Shown here in pieces: positions 35,729 to 44,230 of a DNA stretch of 64,000 nucleotides. A program made the translations under genes and the position numbers. The notes under the pieces were generated by a model, which was not told the origin of the DNA, did no database searches, and saw only the letters and a program-made list of their open reading frames with translations. Position 1 is the stretch's first letter. Every line of letters starts with the position of its first letter. The DNA lies in NCBI GenBank assembly GCA_043779265.1, contig JAYWEM010000001.1:19717-83716 (forward strand). The letters are read 5' to 3'. Source of the stretch: a bacterium (GTDB lineage: Bacteria > Eisenbacteria > RBG-16-71-46).

Positions 35729-37090
35729 ATGTCCAACATCCTGTGCATTGACGACGAACCATCGGTCGGCGTGGTGCTGGAACACCACCTGGCTGAGATC
35801 GGGCACACGCCGGTTCTCGCCACTTCAGTCGCCGAGGCCCTAGAAGCGCTCGCGCGGCAGTCCTTCGACCTCATCATCTCGGACTACCGCATGCCGCAGG
35901 CGAGTGGACTCGACCTGCTCGAGACGCTCCGCCAGCAGGGCATCGATGTTCCGGTGATCATCATGACGGGCTATTCCAGCGTCGAGCACGCCGTGCTCTC
36001 GATGCGCCATGGGGCGGTGGACTACCTCACCAAGCCGCTGCGCCAGGAGGCCGTGCGACTGGCGGTCAAGAACGCCATCGAGATGGCCCGGCTCAAGCGC
36101 GAGAACGACCAGTTCCGCCGTGAGATCGTCTCCCTGCGCGGGCGGCGCACGATCGTCGGGAGCTCCGCCGCGCTGCGATCGGTCCTCGACATGGTCGCCG
36201 CGGTCGCGCCGACTCGAGCCGCCGTCCTTCTGGAAGGCGAGTCGGGGACGGGCAAGGAGTTGATCGCCCGAGCCGTGCACGAGCAGAGCCCGCGCCGCGA
36301 ACAGCCGTTCGTCACGGTCAACTGCGCCGCGCTTCCCGAGGGCCTGGTCGAGAGCACGCTGTTCGGCCACGAGCGAGGAGCGTTCACGGGCGCGACCCAG
36401 CGTCAGGCGGGCGCGTTCGAGCGAGCGCATCGCGGCACGCTGCTTCTGGACGAAGTCTCCGAGATGCGCCTCGATCTGCAGGCGAAACTGCTGCGGGCGC
36501 TCCAGGAGCAGGAGTTCGAGCGCGTCGGCGGGGGCACCACCGTCCGAGTGGATGTCCGTGTCGTGGCCACCACCAACCGCGACCTCGCTGCCGAGGTCGC
36601 CGCCGGACGTTTCCGCCAGGACCTCTACTATCGGTTGAATGTGATGCCGATCCGGACGCCGCCGCTGCGCGATCGTCCCGAGGACCTGCCGGTGCTGGTG
36701 CAGCATTTCGTCGAGACGTTCTCCGCCGAACTGGGAGTGAAGGCCCCGGTGGTGCCCGACGCGACGATGAAGTCGATCTCGGAACGGAAGTGGCCGGGCA
36801 ACGTGCGCGAGCTGGCCAATGCCATCGAGCGCGCGATCATCCTCTCGCGCGGAGGCCCGCTCGTCCCCTCGCTGGTCGGCGTGATGACGGCGATGCGCCC
36901 GGAGCCCACCGTGACCGCCGCGTCGCCGGCGGCCCTCCCAGCCCTGGATCTCGGCGAACTCGAGCGCATCGCCATCGAACAGGCCCTCGCCCATACCGGT
37001 GGCCACCGTACCCGAGCGGCCGAACTGCTCGGCATCAGCGAGCGGACCCTGCGCAACAAGCTGAACGCGCCTCCGGCCGCCGTCGCCTGA
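35729..37090 (+). CDS. Sigma-54-dependent response regulator (REC-AAA+-Fis HTH; FlbD/FleR/FlrC-like flagellar activator)
   Basis: REC 'SDYRMP', 'GESGTGKE', 'GAFTGA', 'LLDEV', 'WPGNVRELAN', HTH 'AAELLGISERTLRNKL'. Confidence 0.93.
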   Translation: MSNILCIDDEPSVGVVLEHHLAEIGHTPVLATSVAEALEALARQSFDLIISDYRMPQASGLDLLETLRQQGIDVPVIIMTGYSSVEHAVLSMRHGAVDYLTKPLRQEAVRLAVKNAIEMARLKRENDQFRREIVSLRGRRTIVGSSAALRSVLDMVAAVAPTRAAVLLEGESGTGKELIARAVHEQSPRREQPFVTVNCAALPEGLVESTLFGHERGAFTGATQRQAGAFERAHRGTLLLDEVSEMRLDLQAKLLRALQEQEFERVGGGTTVRVDVRVVATTNRDLAAEVAAGRFRQDLYYRLNVMPIRTPPLRDRPEDLPVLVQHFVETFSAELGVKAPVVPDATMKSISERKWPGNVRELANAIERAIILSRGGPLVPSLVGVMTAMRPEPTVTAASPAALPALDLGELERIAIEQALAHTGGHRTRAAELLGISERTLRNKLNAPPAAVA

Positions 37091-37143
37091 TCCTCGGACA
37101 TGCCGGATCGTCTCCTCTGCCGCGCTCGGTCTTCCGCCGGGCG

Positions 37144-37171
37144 CGGCAGAGTCTTCCGGAAGGACCTGCCG
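37144..37171. promoter_or_regulatory. Two overlapping 15-bp dyad sites, putative enhancer for the sigma-54 activator
   Basis: CGGCAGAGTCTTCCG and CGGAAGGACCTGCCG, about 135 bp upstream of the flgB -24 box. Confidence 0.6.
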
Positions 37172-37301
37172 CTCGTGAGCCGTTGCGGCACCGAGGCGAG
37201 GCTGTCGATCCGCTGAGGCGGTGAACCGCGGATCCCCCAACCGCCGCACTCGCGCGCATTTCGCAGCTTGCTCGGCACTCGCGCGAAACTCCGCGGGGAT
37301 A

Positions 37302-37317
37302 CGGCATCGGCCTTGCA
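37302..37317 (+). promoter_or_regulatory. Sigma-54 -24/-12 promoter of the flgB operon
   Basis: CGGCATCGGCCTTGCA (GG-N10-GC). Confidence 0.75.
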
Positions 37318-37350
37318 GAGGCCCCTCCGGCCATCTTCGAGGGGGGAGCC

Positions 37351-37650
37351 ATGATCAAGGGTCTGTTCGGAGCGGGAAGTCTGAGTTCGATGCTGCGGGG
37401 AGGTCTCGAGGAGACCACTGCGACGCATCGCACGATCGCCGCCAGGGTCTCGGGCGCGCTGGCGTCCAGCACCAGCACCGATTTCGCGTCGGCACTCGAT
37501 GCCCAGACGTCGCAACAGCGCTTGAGCGAAGTCGACCTCGAGCGCGAGATGGTGGCGCTCGCCGATACGCAGCTCCGATTCGAAGCCGATGCCAAGCTGC
37601 TCACCGAGGCCTACTCGCGCCTCCGCACGGCGATCCGCGACCGTGGCTGA
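37351..37650 (+). CDS. flgB: Flagellar basal-body rod protein FlgB (short, divergent)
   Basis: Position before flgC; C-terminal 'VDLEREMVALADTQLRFEA...LRTAI'. Confidence 0.8.
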   Translation: MIKGLFGAGSLSSMLRGGLEETTATHRTIAARVSGALASSTSTDFASALDAQTSQQRLSEVDLEREMVALADTQLRFEADAKLLTEAYSRLRTAIRDRG

Positions 37651-38065
37651 GCCGATCGGACGATTCACCCAGTGGCCGCGGCCGGTGCGGCAGTTGATGC
37701 GCCCGCTCGGCATGTCGGCCGACGGTATGGCCGTCCAGCAACGATTCCTCGAGGTCATCTCACGCAACCTCGCCAACGCCGAGGTGACGCGCACCGCCGA
37801 GGGCGGGCCGTTCAAGCGCCAGGTGGCGTCGCTCCAGGGGGGCGGCGAGGGCGCACGGCTCGAGGTCAGCCAGGATCCGCGGCCGGGCCGCATGCAGTAC
37901 GACCCGAGTCATCCGGACGCGAACACCGATGGGTTCGTCGAGTACCCGAACGTCGACGTCAATCGCGAACTCGTGGACCTCATGCTCGCCCGTCGCGTGC
38001 ACGAGGCGAACGTGAGCGTCTTCCAGGCCGCGAAGAGCATGCTCCGCCGCGCACTCGAGATCTGA
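37643..38065 (+). CDS. flgC: Flagellar basal-body rod protein FlgC
   Basis: 'NLANAEVTRTAEGGPFKR', 'YDPSHPDANTDGFVEYPNV', 'ALEI'. Confidence 0.93.
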   Translation: MAEPIGRFTQWPRPVRQLMRPLGMSADGMAVQQRFLEVISRNLANAEVTRTAEGGPFKRQVASLQGGGEGARLEVSQDPRPGRMQYDPSHPDANTDGFVEYPNVDVNRELVDLMLARRVHEANVSVFQAAKSMLRRALEI

Positions 38066-38075
38066 GGGAGAACGC

Positions 38076-38336
38076 ATGAGCATCCAAGGTCCGTCAGCCG
38101 CACCGAGTCGATTCCCGGAACTCCGTCCCGGCCGCCCGGGGCCTCCCGCGCAGGCTGCGGATCCCGCTCCGTCCGCCGCGAAGGCGCGCGAGGCTTCTCT
38201 ATGGGAGACGCTGACCGACGACGAGCGCGCGTTCTTCGACCAGCAGGCCGCGCTCGGACCGCTCACGTACGGCAAGCAGCGTGCGGCCTCTGCTCCCGCG
38301 GCGCCGACCGGCCAGCGGCTCGATGTGAGGGCTTGA
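38076..38336 (+). CDS. Small hypothetical protein within the flagellar operon
   Basis: GAGGGAG RBS; fills the flgC-fliE gap; 'LWETLTDDERAFF...GPLTYG...GQRLDVRA'. Confidence 0.75.
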   Translation: MSIQGPSAAPSRFPELRPGRPGPPAQAADPAPSAAKAREASLWETLTDDERAFFDQQAALGPLTYGKQRAASAPAAPTGQRLDVRA

Positions 38337-38339
38337 GCG

Positions 38340-38642
38340 ATGTCCGATCTGCGGATCGAGAGCGCACTGCGCGGGGCCTTCGAGCGGCCCGAGGTGGGCG
38401 GGGCGCCCGAGGCGGCCCCGAGCGGCTCGTCGTTCGCGGACCTGTTCTCACGCGCGGTCAATGACACCAGCGGCATGCAGGAGAACGCACAGGACATGAT
38501 CGCCGCCTTTCTGCGCGGCGAGCCGGTCGAGCTGCACCAGGTCATGGCAGCGAGCGAGGAAGCCGCGATCTCGCTCGAGCTGCTCGTGGAGATCCGCAAC
38601 AAGCTCACGGATGCGTATCGCACCGTGATGAACCTCAGCTAG
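38340..38642 (+). CDS. fliE: Hook-basal body complex protein FliE
   Basis: 'SFADL', 'ELHQVMAA', 'VEIRNKLTDAYRTVMN'. Confidence 0.93.
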   Translation: MSDLRIESALRGAFERPEVGGAPEAAPSGSSFADLFSRAVNDTSGMQENAQDMIAAFLRGEPVELHQVMAASEEAAISLELLVEIRNKLTDAYRTVMNLS

Positions 38643-38648
38643 GAGCCC

Positions 38649-40136
38649 ATGGCCGACTCCCCGCAGCCCCTCACCGAGATGTTCCGTGGCATGGATGCCA
38701 CTCGCCGATTCGCCTTGGCGGGGGCACTGGTCGCCCTCGTGGTCGGGGTCGGCCTGGTCGGACGGTGGGCTTCCACGCCGACGTACGTGACGCTGTTCTC
38801 CGACCTCGAACTCAAAGAGTCCGGCGAGATCGCGGATCGGCTCGCCAAGGCGAACATCCCCAACCGCCTCGAGGGCGGCGGGACGCTCATCCAGGTGCCG
38901 TCTGCGGATGCCGCACGAGCACGTGTCGCGCTCGCCAAGGATGGACTGCCTTCATCGGGTCGCCCCGGCCTCGAACTGTTCGACAAGCCCTCGTGGGGCA
39001 TGACCGATTTCACGCAGCGCGTCACGTACCAGCGCGCGCTCGAAGGCGAACTCGCTCGGACGATCGGGCAGATCAAGGGTATCGAGCGCGCCGAGGTCCA
39101 CCTGCTGATGCCCAACACCGACGGGCTCCGGCGCCGCAATCGCGATGCCGCGGCATCGGTCGTCCTGACGCTGCGTGGCGGTACGCCGCCGCAGGGCGAG
39201 ACGGTGCAGGGCATCGCGTACATCGTGGCCAACAGTGTCGAGGGTCTGGCGGCGGACAACGTGGCGATCATGGATGACGCTGGCCGCGTGCTGTCGCTGC
39301 CGGCGCAGGGACTGGGCGGCGTCGGTCTGACCGGACGCCAGCAGGAGGTCTCGCGCGGGCTGGAGCAGCGCACGATCGAGAAGATCGAATCGCTGGTGGG
39401 GACGGTCGTCGGAGTCGGCCGCGTGCGTGCGCAGGTCTCGGCCATGGTCAGTTTCGATCAGGTCGATGCGACCATCGAGACGTTCGACCCGGATCGCCAG
39501 GTGCTGCAGAACGAGCAGCGCAGCGAGGGTGGGTCGTCGGATGGCACTGGGCAGCAGACCATCATCGCGAACCAGTATCAGAACTCGCGCCGTCTCGAGA
39601 AGAGCACCAGCCTTGCTGGTCGCCTGACCAAGCTGACGGTCGCGGTGCTCGTCGACGAGCGCGCCATGCGGCCGGGCGAGAAGGAGCGTCAGCTCGGCGA
39701 CATCGCCGTCATGGTGCGCAACGCCGTGGGTGTCGATTCGACGCGCGGTGATCGCCTCGACGTGCTGGCCCTGCCGTTCGAGCCGGTGCAGAGCGCGGAT
39801 TCGACCGCCCTGGCCAAGCCCGGAGTCGATCCGCTCGCGATGGTCGAGCGCGTGAGTCACCCGTTGATCGGCGTGATCGCGATCCTCGTCATGGTGTTCC
39901 TCGCCTTCCAGCTGCGATCGGTCCTGATGCCGCCGCGGCCGCGAGCGCTCGCCGCCGCCCGCGCCGGTGGGGGAGTGGAGGTGCTCTCGGCAGCGGGTCC
40001 GTCCGAGCCCGAGTTGTCGCCGGAGGCGCAGGAGATCCACCGCCTGAAGAGCAAGCTCCAGCAGGATTCGACGGACCGTCCTGATGTGACGGCCCAGGTC
40101 GTCAAGGCGTGGTTGACCGAGAGCCGCGGATCATGA
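38649..40136 (+). CDS. fliF: MS-ring protein FliF
   Basis: Two TMs; 'GLELFDKPSWGMTDF', 'YQRALEGELARTI', 'VVKAWL'. Confidence 0.95.
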   Translation: MADSPQPLTEMFRGMDATRRFALAGALVALVVGVGLVGRWASTPTYVTLFSDLELKESGEIADRLAKANIPNRLEGGGTLIQVPSADAARARVALAKDGLPSSGRPGLELFDKPSWGMTDFTQRVTYQRALEGELARTIGQIKGIERAEVHLLMPNTDGLRRRNRDAAASVVLTLRGGTPPQGETVQGIAYIVANSVEGLAADNVAIMDDAGRVLSLPAQGLGGVGLTGRQQEVSRGLEQRTIEKIESLVGTVVGVGRVRAQVSAMVSFDQVDATIETFDPDRQVLQNEQRSEGGSSDGTGQQTIIANQYQNSRRLEKSTSLAGRLTKLTVAVLVDERAMRPGEKERQLGDIAVMVRNAVGVDSTRGDRLDVLALPFEPVQSADSTALAKPGVDPLAMVERVSHPLIGVIAILVMVFLAFQLRSVLMPPRPRALAAARAGGGVEVLSAAGPSEPELSPEAQEIHRLKSKLQQDSTDRPDVTAQVVKAWLTESRGS

Positions 40137-41173
40137 AGCCGGCGACGGGACGTCAGCGCCTCGCCGAGGACACGCCGCTCTCCGGAGCACAGAAGAGCGC
40201 GGTGCTCTGCATGGCGCTCGGACCGGATCGGTCCGCCCGCATCCTGCAGATGCTCACCTCGCGTGAAGTCGAGGTCGTCTCACGCGAGATCGCCGCCATG
40301 CCGATCGTCGCTGCCGATCGACTGACCGGGGTCATCACCGAGTTCCAGCAGGTGTCGAGGGCAGTCGAGTCAGTGGCCCGAGGCGGCATCGACTATGCGC
40401 AGCAGATCCTCGAGCAGGCGCTCGGGCCCCAGAAGGCGCAGGTCGTGTTCGAGCGCATCCAGGAGCAGCTCATCGACACCGGTCTCAAGCGGCTCCGCAA
40501 CGCCGAGCCCGATGTGCTCGCCGGCATCCTGCGAGGCGAGCATCCCCAGACCATCGCCCTGATCCTCGCGCATCTCGAGGTGCGTCTCGCCTCGGGTGTG
40601 GTCCAGCACATGGACAGCGAGCTGGCGGCCGAAGTGCTCTACCGCGTGGCTCGGATGGACAAGATCGCGCCGGAGATGCTGATGCTGGTCGAGGCCGGAC
40701 TGTCCAGCAAGACCGACCTGTCGCTGTCCGAGGAGATGACGCTCTCCGGCGGACCTGAAACGGTGGCCAAGATGCTCAACCTGACCGGCGGAACGCTCGA
40801 GAAGCAGTTGCTCGAGACGATCGGCACGCGGAGCCAGGAAATCGCCGGTCAGATCAAGGCGCTGATGTTCGTCTTCGAGGATCTGTTGCTCGTCGATGGC
40901 CGTGGGATCCAGCGGGTGCTGCGCGACGTGGATACCAAGGACCTCGCTCTGGCTCTGAAGGCGGCGAGCGCCGAACTGAAGCAGCACATCATGAGCAACA
41001 TGTCCGAACGTGCCGGTCAGGCGCTCACCGAGGAGATCGAGATGATGGGCCCGGTGCGAGTCAAGGACGTCGAGGAGGCGCATGCCCGCATCGTCGAGGC
41101 GGTGCGCGCCCTGGCGGACTCCGGCGAGATCATGATCAGCGGTCGTGGAGGGGCGGATGACATCATCGCCTGA
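40133..41173 (+). CDS. fliG: Motor switch protein FliG
   Basis: 'GGIDYA', 'EHPQTIALILAHL', 'MFVFEDL', 'NMSERA', 'GPVRVKDVEEA'. Confidence 0.96.
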   Translation: MKPATGRQRLAEDTPLSGAQKSAVLCMALGPDRSARILQMLTSREVEVVSREIAAMPIVAADRLTGVITEFQQVSRAVESVARGGIDYAQQILEQALGPQKAQVVFERIQEQLIDTGLKRLRNAEPDVLAGILRGEHPQTIALILAHLEVRLASGVVQHMDSELAAEVLYRVARMDKIAPEMLMLVEAGLSSKTDLSLSEEMTLSGGPETVAKMLNLTGGTLEKQLLETIGTRSQEIAGQIKALMFVFEDLLLVDGRGIQRVLRDVDTKDLALALKAASAELKQHIMSNMSERAGQALTEEIEMMGPVRVKDVEEAHARIVEAVRALADSGEIMISGRGGADDIIA

Positions 41174-41807
41174 GCGCTCGAACTGGCAGCCCTTCGCGCT
41201 CGCGATCGCCGAGCACGACGGGGGCATGAGGCTGGTGACGGCCACTCCTGCGTCCGCGAATCCGATTCCCGACTGGCCTCCCGCGCTGAGGGCGCCGAGC
41301 GAGGAGATCGCGGCGCAGGCGCACGATCACTCCTTCCGATCGGGATACGAGTCCGCGCTCGATGAGGAGCGCGGACGACTCGAGGGCGAGGCGCGCGTCG
41401 CCCTCGGGGTCGTCGCCCGCGTTGCCGAGCAGTTGGTGACGCTGCAGACGGACTTCGCTCGCGACCGTGAACGCGACCTGCACACCCTGGCGGTCGCGAT
41501 CGCCCGGCAGGTGGTGCAGCACGAACTGACGATCTCGCCCGAGCGACTGACATCGCTGATCCAGGCGGCGATCGAGTTGTTGCCGCATGACCCGCGCATC
41601 GAAGTGCACCTGCACCCGAGCGATCTCGCCGCTCTCGGCGACGCACTGGCGGGCCTCGTTCCCTCGGGTCGCGGACTCGATCTGGTGTGGACGCCCGACT
41701 CCACGATGGAGCGAGGCGGGTTCCTGCTCGAGACGCCACAGCGGATCATCGATGGCCGCGCCGACGTCGCCTTGCGTGAACTCTGGGAGCGACTGGGCCA
41801 TGACTGA
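41157..41807 (+). CDS. fliH: Flagellar export protein FliH
   Basis: Lies between fliG and fliI; 'VHLHPSD', 'GGFLLET...IDG'. Confidence 0.88.
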   Translation: MTSSPERSNWQPFALAIAEHDGGMRLVTATPASANPIPDWPPALRAPSEEIAAQAHDHSFRSGYESALDEERGRLEGEARVALGVVARVAEQLVTLQTDFARDRERDLHTLAVAIARQVVQHELTISPERLTSLIQAAIELLPHDPRIEVHLHPSDLAALGDALAGLVPSGRGLDLVWTPDSTMERGGFLLETPQRIIDGRADVALRELWERLGHD

Positions 41808-43146
41808 CACGATCCACGGGATGAGTGCCGCGCTCGAGCGCATCGCCGGCGAGCCTCGGTTCCGCGTGTTCGGTCGCGTGACGCGCGTGATCGGCCAGGT
41901 CGTCGAGACCAGCTCGCTCCCGGTCGCCGTTGGCGACGTGTGTCGGATCGCGCCCGATGCGGAGCGCGGCATCCTCGCGCAGGTCGCCGGCTTCCATGAT
42001 CGCGGCGTCATGCTCATGCCGCTGGGTGAACTCGAGGGCGTGCAGCCAGGGGCCACGGTGATCCCGCTCGGCCGGGCGTTCCATGCTCGCGCCAGCGAGT
42101 CGCTTATCGGGCGTGTCCTCGACGGACTCGGCCGTCCCATGGACGGCGGCCGGCCGCTGGGACCGTCCCGCGACATCCCACTCTCGGCCGAGCCTCCGAA
42201 TCCTCTCGAGCGTCCGCGCATCCGCGAACCGCTCACCACCGGCGTGCGCGCGATCGACGGGCTGCTCACACTCGGCCGCGGCCAGCGCGTCGGCATCCTG
42301 GCGGGCTCGGGCGTGGGCAAGAGCGTGCTGCTGGGCATGATCGCGCGCCACACGAATGCCGACATCAACGTCATCGCACTGCTCGGGGAGCGAGGTCGTG
42401 AGGTCCGCGAGTTCATCGAGCGAGACCTGGGTCCCGAGGGCCTGGCGCGCTCGGTCGTGATCGTCGCCACCAGCGATCAGTCGGCGGTGGTCCGCGCGAC
42501 GGGCGCCCTGGTCGCGACCGCGATCGCCGAGTACTTCCGGGACACCGGTCGCGATGTGCTGCTGATGATGGACTCCGTCACCCGCGTCGCGATGGCGTGG
42601 CGCGAGATGGGGCTGGCCGTCGGAGAACCGCCCACCACCAAAGGCTACCCGCCTTCGGCGTTCGCGCAGTTGCCTCGGCTTCTCGAGCGAGCGGGCACGT
42701 CGTCGAAGGGGAGCATCACCGGGCTGTACACGGTGTTGGTCGAGGGCGACGACTTCAACGAGCCGATCGCCGATGCGGCCCGCTCGATCCTCGACGGCCA
42801 CATCGTGCTCAGTCGCCGTCTGGCGAGTGCCAAGCACTTTCCCGCGATCGACGTGCTCGAGAGCGTGAGCCGCGTTCGCGACGAAGTAACGCCGCCCGAG
42901 GCGCTGGAGGCAGCCGACTCGTTCCTCAAGCTCGAGTCCGCCTATCGGTCGCATGAGGACCTGATCGCTGTTGGAGCCTACAAGGGCGGTGCGGACCCGC
43001 AGGTGGACGCCGCCATCGCATCGCGCGCGCGGATGCTGACTTTCCTCCGCCAGTCCCCGGTGGATGCCACGAAGCTGAGCGAGACGCGGAGCCGCCTGAC
43101 CGAGTTGCGCGCCCTCGCCGAACGCCCGCGCATGGAGGTGTCATGA
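41800..43146 (+). CDS. fliI: Flagellar export ATPase FliI
   Basis: 'GQRVGILAGSGVGKS', 'GERGREV', 'MDSVTR', 'GEPPTTKGYPPS', 'ILDGHIVLSR'. Confidence 0.96.
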   Translation: MTDTIHGMSAALERIAGEPRFRVFGRVTRVIGQVVETSSLPVAVGDVCRIAPDAERGILAQVAGFHDRGVMLMPLGELEGVQPGATVIPLGRAFHARASESLIGRVLDGLGRPMDGGRPLGPSRDIPLSAEPPNPLERPRIREPLTTGVRAIDGLLTLGRGQRVGILAGSGVGKSVLLGMIARHTNADINVIALLGERGREVREFIERDLGPEGLARSVVIVATSDQSAVVRATGALVATAIAEYFRDTGRDVLLMMDSVTRVAMAWREMGLAVGEPPTTKGYPPSAFAQLPRLLERAGTSSKGSITGLYTVLVEGDDFNEPIADAARSILDGHIVLSRRLASAKHFPAIDVLESVSRVRDEVTPPEALEAADSFLKLESAYRSHEDLIAVGAYKGGADPQVDAAIASRARMLTFLRQSPVDATKLSETRSRLTELRALAERPRMEVS

Positions 43147-43595
43147 AGCGATTCCAGTTCCGGCTCGACCGCCTGCTCTGGCTGAGGGAGAAGGCCGAGC
43201 AGCAGGAAGCGGCGGCTCTGGGCACGGCGATGAGCGACGAGCGTCGAGAGCGGGATCGGCTCGCGCGTGCAGACGCGATGGAGACGAAAGCGGCCGAGCA
43301 GGCGGCGGCGACCAGTTCCTCGGGAACGGTCATCGCGGGGGCGCGCGCGCATCTCGATCTGGCGCGCGAAGCGGCGGCGCGGATGGCGGAGGGCGCGAGC
43401 GAGGACGTGGCTGCCGCTACGGCTCGCACCGAGGCGGCGCGTGAGTTGTTCGGAGAGAAGCGCAAGGACCGGCGCGCAGTCGAGCGCCTGAAGGAACAGC
43501 GTCAAACGGCGTGGCACGAGGAGTTCGGCCGCGAGGACCGCAAGACCATGGACGACGTGGCCCAGAGGCTGCGCACGACGGAAGGGAACCGATGA
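43143..43595 (+). CDS. fliJ: Flagellar export protein FliJ
   Basis: 'MKRFQFRLDRLL.LRE', coiled coil, 'EDRKTMDD'. Confidence 0.9.
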   Translation: MKRFQFRLDRLLWLREKAEQQEAAALGTAMSDERRERDRLARADAMETKAAEQAAATSSSGTVIAGARAHLDLAREAAARMAEGASEDVAAATARTEAARELFGEKRKDRRAVERLKEQRQTAWHEEFGREDRKTMDDVAQRLRTTEGNR

Positions 43596-44230
43596 AACTC
43601 GTGATCTTCGGCGCGGTCGCTCTGGTGGTGGGACTGGCGGGCGGCACGGGGGCGCGTGTGTTCACGTCGCCCGCACTGCCTGCTGGCGCGGACTCGCTCA
43701 TCGCAGTGGCGGACTCGCTCTACAAGTGGAAGGCGGCGAACGGCGGAGCGGGGCACGACGCCCATGGAGCCACCGCGAATGCCGACGCTCACGCCGACGC
43801 TCACGCCGATGCTCATGCCGTCGGGCACGGCGGTGAGGCGCACGGCGCCGTGCCGGCGGCGATCGCGCAAGGCGCAGGGGATCCGCATGCCGTCGCAGCG
43901 GCCGCCGCAGCGCACGGTTCGGACTCGCGCCCGGACACCGTGGCCGCAGCCGTCAAGCCGCCCGCTCCCGTCCATGAACAGCCGGCTCCACCCAAGGTGG
44001 CCGAGGGTCCTGGACCCGAACGCTACAAGCGGGTGGGCAGCATCCTGCTCAGCATGAAGCCCGCCGAGGCGGCCGAGGTCATCACCTATCTCGACAACCA
44101 GCAGGTCCAGGGACTGCTTGAGGCCATGGGGCCGAGGCAGGCTGCCCAGATCCTGTCGCAGCTTCCGGCCGAGCGAGCCGCCGCTCTCTCCAAGCGGCTA
44201 CTCGCATCGCCTCATCCGGAGCCGCGGTGA
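43592..44230 (+). CDS. MotE/YlxF-like membrane-anchored protein (MgtE_N-like C-terminus) with His/Ala-rich linker
   Basis: N-terminal TM; 'SMKPAEAAEVI..LD...LLEAMGPRQAAQILSQL..ERAA'; located after fliJ. Confidence 0.78.
   Translation: MKLVIFGAVALVVGLAGGTGARVFTSPALPAGADSLIAVADSLYKWKAANGGAGHDAHGATANADAHADAHADAHAVGHGGEAHGAVPAAIAQGAGDPHAVAAAAAAHGSDSRPDTVAAAVKPPAPVHEQPAPPKVAEGPGPERYKRVGSILLSMKPAEAAEVITYLDNQQVQGLLEAMGPRQAAQILSQLPAERAAALSKRLLASPHPEPR
43781..43816 (+). repeat. 3 x 12-bp tandem repeat encoding (ADAH)3
   Basis: gccgacgctcac gccgacgctcac gccgatgctcat. Confidence 0.85.
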
